Position numbers and translations under genes: made by a program. Shown in pieces: positions 58,698-64,000 of a stretch of 64,000 bases of DNA (position 1 is the stretch's first letter; each line of letters opens with the position of its first letter). A model generated the notes under the pieces. That model made no database searches. It worked only from the letters and a program-made list of their open reading frames with translations, and was not told the origin of the DNA. Origin of the DNA: Phyllosticta citribraziliensis (lineage: Eukaryota); NCBI RefSeq assembly GCF_038025025.1, contig NW_027117339.1, positions 2,604,001 through 2,668,000 of the forward strand, given 5' to 3'.

Positions 58698-60904
58698 TCA
58701 GTAAGTACGGCGAAAAGGTGGTACCGGGGGTGCCTCTTCCGCGTCTAACGTAGTGCCAACGACCGCGCGGTAGCCCAGGTCCACCTTACCGTGCGGTTGC
58801 TTCTGCCAGGTGAGGCTATGGACCATCCAATTTTCGTCGTTTCTGTCGGGCCAGTCCTCACGTGCATGAGCACCACGAGACTCTTTGCGGTTCGCAGCGG
58901 CAACGGCAGTCTGGGTGGCGCAGGTCAAAAGGTTCCTCAGCTCGAGGGCCTCGACGAGGTCGGAGTTCCAGATCATGCTGCGGTCCTTGATTCCGAGCTG
59001 AGAGTAGGTGGAATCCACCTGGGCAATCTTCGCAACGCCCTCGTCAAGGGACTCCTGGGTCCGGAAGACGGAGACATCCGATTGCATAGTCTTTTGCATG
59101 GCCAGGCGAATCTCGTGTGTTGGCTTGGGGCCATCCGCAGTACGAACCTGGTCGACAACGGCAATCGAGTCAGCGCCAGCGTCAGCAGAGATGGGCTCGT
59201 GTTTCTTGCCGGGGCTGGATTTGTCGCGGATGGTGTGGGAAACGGCGCGACCAAAGACGATCAAGTCGAGAAGAGAGTTGGCTCCGAGGCGGTTGGCGCC
59301 GTGAACAGAGACACAAGCAGCCTCGCCGCAAGCGTACAGACCGTCGACAACCTTGTCGTTGCCCTTCTCGTCCACAGTAAGGACCTCGCCAGTCCACTTG
59401 GTGGGGATACCACCCATGTTGTAGTGGACGGTGGGGAGAACAGGAATAGGCTGCTTGCGAACGTCGACACCGGCGAAGATGGCAGCGGTCTCAGAGATAC
59501 CAGGAAGACGCTCGTGGAGAATCTCAGGAGGCAAGTGACTGAGCTGGAGGTAGATGTGGTCTGCGTCCGGGCCTACGCCGCGGCCTTGGCGCACCTCCAG
59601 CGTCATGGAACGGGAGACGACATCGCGACTGGCCAAGTCCTTGGCGGTCGGGGCATATCTCTCCATGAAGCGCTCACCCTCGGAGTTGAGGAGATATCCA
59701 CCCTCTCCTCTCGAGCCCTCAGTGATCAGACATCCAGCGCCGTAGATACCAGTGGGGTGGAACTGCACGAACTCGAGATCCTGGTTGGGAAGACCGGCAC
59801 GTGCGACCATCGCCATGCCGTCACCCGTGCAAGTGTGGGCAGAGGTACAGCTGAAGTATGCGCGGCCGTAGCCGCCAGTAGCGAGAACAGTGTGGTTGGC
59901 GAGGAATCTGTGCAGGGTTCCGTCTTCCTGGTTGTATGCAATGACGCCCTTGCACTTCCCGTCCTCCATGATCAAATCGGTGGCGAAGAACTCGATGAAG
60001 TACTTCGTATTGTGTCTCAGAGACTGGCCATACAAAGTATGCAGTAATGCGTGCCCTGTGCGGTCTGCAGCCGCTGCGCATCTGTAGGCCTGTCCTCCTT
60101 TTCCGTACTCTCGGGACTGTCCGCCAAAGGCGCGCTGGTAACTGAGTGAAAAGTTAGCTTAGTCCGTTCCCACCCGCTCTTCCATACTCACATCTTGCCG
60201 TCATCGGTTCTAGAGAAAGGGCAGCCGTAGTTCTCGAGTTCGTAAACACTAGCTGGCGCTTCACGCGTCATGTAGTGGATAGCATCCTGGTCTCCCAACC
60301 AGTCCGATCCCTTGATAGTGTCGTACATGTGCCATCTCCAGTCGTCCTCGTGCATATTACCCAGGGCAGCATTGATACCGCCCTGCGCAGCTACGGTGTG
60401 CGATCGCGTAGGGAAAAGCTTCGAGATACAGGCAGTGTTGAATCCAGCCTCCGCGAGACCGAAAGCGGCGCGAAGACCAGCACCACCGGCACCAATGACG
60501 AGAGCATCATATTCGTGATCTATGACAGGGTACTTGGTGCCAACGTGGGGCGAGGCCTCCTTCGCACGGAGCGGATCGGTGGTGATGATCCTCGAGACAG
60601 GTCTTGACGAGGAAAAGGCGCGGAACTGGGGGCGAGCGAGTCTCGCAGTCTACAAAAACGACAAGTCAGTCAGAGTCGCGCATCTAGTCGTGGATATTGT
60701 GTCCAGATTGGCAAAGCAGTGGTCTTGTGGAAAGGGATACCAGAGGCAAGTCTCTCAGCAAAGTCTATGATGCTCCGATATTGCCCGCGGGGTGCACGTC
60801 GCAAGAGAAGAGAGGACCAGCGCAACAACGTAACCTGGGTTCGGAAGGACTGTGGAACTCACCTGTGCCTTGGAGGCTAGCTGCCGCAACCTAAGGGCCG
60901 ACAT
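58698..60904 (-). CDS. SDH1: Succinate dehydrogenase flavoprotein subunit, mitochondrial, multi-exon
   Basis: [79 protein letters not shown]. Confidence 0.97.
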
Positions 60905-61750
60905 TGTGGGCAGAGGGGTGGAGTGGAGAGGATGGAGGTTTGTAGAGGCCGGGACGTCTTTGGTGCATTCGATACACTAATGGCGCATTTCCCTACGCCC
61001 ACAAACGCGGTTGCTCTGATTGGTCAACGGCCATGCCTCGGCTACAATCGACCGGGAGCTTGCGTCTGCACGCCTCGATCCTCGTGCCAAGTCATGAAGA
61101 AAGACAAGCCTCTGGGTACATCTCGCCGACCATGATACTTTCACAGGTATTCCGCAACGCCTTTGGCTTGGGTGGTCGTAGTTTGCATCGTTCGACAGCA
61201 TTCCGGTCCATTATCGTCGTTTGCACACCGGAATCAGCTTTCCCACCATCATCACCGAAGGCCGAGCAAACCCCTAAAGATCTGTGCCGCTTTCAGTCCA
61301 GTGAGCAACCTCAGCATTCCTTACCAACGGGTTTCGACTCTGGTTTCACAATATGCGGCTGGGCCAAGCTTTTCTTGGTTAGACGCCTGGAGAATTGACA
61401 TTCATTATGTTTATGCGCTCAAGCTGAGCTCAGCACTGAGCAGTCATAGAGAAAAACTCCTTTGACCTCATTACCCACACAAAACGTTGGAATCGTCATA
61501 GCGGTTTTTCATGGTTTCCATCACAGGGACATCAGGTCTCCTTTGCACTCTTCAACATGACCTCATCGCACAAACGGAAATCATCATTGCGGTATTTCAT
61601 GGTATCCATGACTTTCTCATTGTGTATCTTTTGGATGTGACGCGTGCTTTTAGCTACTGCTTCACCGAAACGAACATGGATAACGCCAGTGCTACCGCCA
61701 GCCCTTCATAAACAAGATGCAAAACCAGACCAGAAAAGAAGAGAAACACC

Positions 61751-63238
61751 TTAAGCGGAGACCTGGAGGTCCTTCTTGAGGGTGCCCATGATTTGCCTCT
61801 TCTCGGCAGGGGTCTGGTAAGCACCGTGACCGAACTTGGACGAAGTGTCGATCCACTTGAGGTCGACCTTCTCGAGGGCCCTACGGCTGGTGTGGACGAA
61901 CATCGACTTGCGGAGAGTGACGACCCTCTTCTTGACACCGGGGATGCAGCCCTTGAGGAGGAGGAAGTCGTTCTTGACCTCACCGTAGCGGACGAAACCA
62001 CCCATGCTGAACATCATGTTAGCGATTGCCTTGTAGGTTGGCTACCTGGTGAACTTACGGAGTGATGGTCTTCTTGGAGACGTCGAACTCGGTCGAGGCG
62101 TTGCCAGCGTCTTCACCCTTGCCGATGCGGTAGATCTTGTGGTTGACGGAGGTACGGTGGTGGTAACCCATTTGACCAGCACGGGCAACGGTCCACTGGA
62201 CGTGGGACGGATGCCAGGCACCGATACAGGCGACCTTCCTGAGACCCTTGTGCGTCTTCCTCGGGAGCTTCTTGGTGCCCCACCTGGAGGTGACACCGTT
62301 GAAACCGTGGCCCTTGGTGACGGCGATGCAGTCAATCATCTCATCCTGCTCGAAGATGGAGGTGATGTCGACGGGCTTCTCGAAGAGACCCTGGGCGAAC
62401 TCGACCTTGTCGGCGATGCTGCCACCGTTGACCTGAACCTCCATGAGGTGGGCCTTCTTCTGCTTGAGAGGGGTCTTGGAGATCTGGGTGTGGGCAAGGA
62501 CGCGGACGACGGTGCAGTACTTCTTGATGCGCTCGAGCTCGCGGGTGATGCTCTTGCCGCTGTTGTCGGCGTACTGCTTGGCGTACTTGGTGAAAGCCTT
62601 CTTCTTGCTCTTGTACCAGTTCTTGTAGAACCTCCTCTTGACCTCGTCCGACAAGTGCTCGGCCCAGACGGTGGTGAGCGAGCGGAGACCGCGGGGAGTC
62701 TCGATGTAGCCGACGACACCAACGACGACAAGCTGCAAATTTGTAAGTACGGGTCACTGTGATGGTTTCGATGGCGGTCGATTGTACGTACGGGAGGAGT
62801 CTCGACGACAGTGCAGGCCTCAACAATCTCCTTCTTGTGGTTCTTGGCACCGGGACGGTCCAGGTCGCGGACGATGGTGGTCATGCCGGCCTTGTAGCCC
62901 ATCGAGGCGGTGAGGTGGACGGGCTTCTTGGAGTCGTCCTTGGGGAAGCTGTATTGTTGCCCATGTTAGCTCTCATGCCCAAAATCCGGGGTGCTCGACC
63001 AGTGCCGCGGGAGCGCTTTGCGTCCAATTCTTCGCGGGGCTGACGATTTCGACTGGTGGATCGCCCGGGCCCGTCATATCCATCTCTTTTGGTGTGCAGC
63101 GCTCCCGGGTCGGAATTGCGAAAGTGTGAACGAGGGCCGAACGTACCTCTTGACCTTACCCCGGTGACGGGCAGCCCTCTTACGGGGCAAGAAGGCCAGC
63201 GAGCCGTGGCGAGGCGCCTCGAACTTACGGTGGGACAT
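61751..63238 (-). CDS. RPL3: 60S ribosomal protein L3 (uL3), 4 exons
   Basis: [58 protein letters not shown]; introns ~62951-63147, ~62733-62791 and ~62007-62058. Confidence 0.98.
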
Positions 63239-64000
63239 TTTCGCGGTAAGTCGAGGTTGGTTGTCGTCGTGTCGTCGTCTCACCGGAGAGAGTTCAAGAG
63301 AAAGTGGACTTGCTCGAATTCTACGAGTGCGTCTAAGCGAGTGGTCCGTGCATGGTGGGATCACGTGCCATCGCCCCTTCCCCGGCCGTGACGACTGGAG
63401 TTACGTCAAGCATCGTATGGATGCTGCCAGCAGCCCAGGTGTCGAAAAAGTGAGCATCTTTTATTCCAGCTGCTGTAATGAACGACAGTCCCCTAAGCCC
63501 ATCTGTGGTGACGGCAACAGCTCCCCAAGCATTACGTTGATAGCGGATGACTGCCAGCAGCTTTTGGCAACGAATGCTCCCTGCCGGCTGGCGTTTATTC
63601 ATGGTTCTTGTCAATTCTGACAGGCAGGTGAGCATTTCGAGGCTCTCAAGTAGGTTCAATTATTTGTTGATGCAGCGTCCTCGTCGCTGCGCATCAAGCT
63701 CCCTCATTGCTCTGGCAAAATTTGGAACTTCCCCAGGCAATGGACGGTACAAGAACCTCGTAGCTGTATATTCTACAAGATTGGGTTTCGACATTCATCA
63801 TTGCTCGCCTTTTCAATTCACAGTTGATGCTGGATGCTGCTCTCGGGTTCCCGTTGCGTGCACCACAGGAGGTTGAGTCTTTGATCTGGCTGCCTCATAT
63901 GGCGTCATGCAAGACTGCCCACCACCAGGCACAGATTCGGCCTGAAAACAAAGAACAGCCATCCCAAGTGACTACGTGGACGCGTACGAGGGCTGTCAGG

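Noticed and set aside
58791..60047. 418-aa + strand ORF (and similar antisense ORFs at 571-1428, 4898-5797, 41797-42735, 62049-62762)
   Set aside because: Antisense shadows of strongly codon-biased, GC3-rich housekeeping genes; no independent motifs.

Overview
Gene-dense, intron-containing DNA from a filamentous ascomycete (short GT-AG introns with CTRAC/CTAAC branch sites; Dothideomycete-like is an inference). Most of the window is housekeeping genes: NADP-alcohol dehydrogenase, a secreted glycosidase, REX1, a NUFIP1/Rsa1-like gene, RPC25, PI-phospholipase C, a cupin, a coiled-coil protein, a SET/MYND protein, a beta-propeller, a mitochondrial phosphate carrier, AMP deaminase, a C2H2 protein, CCT4, RPT1, SDH1 and RPL3. 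Between RPT1 and SDH1 (~43.65-58.3 kb) lies an accessory-looking island with two large, intronless, divergent ORFs: a Cys-rich UPF1/DNA2-type superfamily-1 helicase, and a GIY-YIG-type nuclease with four GATA-like Cys4 fingers. Both ORFs are preceded by the same ~180-nt leader, which folds into five stems with compensatory changes and G.U pairs on the mRNA-sense strand and runs into near-identical first codons (MDSSI[S/A]P). A degenerate tandem repeat array lies downstream of each gene. This island is the best candidate for an undescribed system. All calls were made by eye; no searches or folding programs were run and exon boundaries are approximate.
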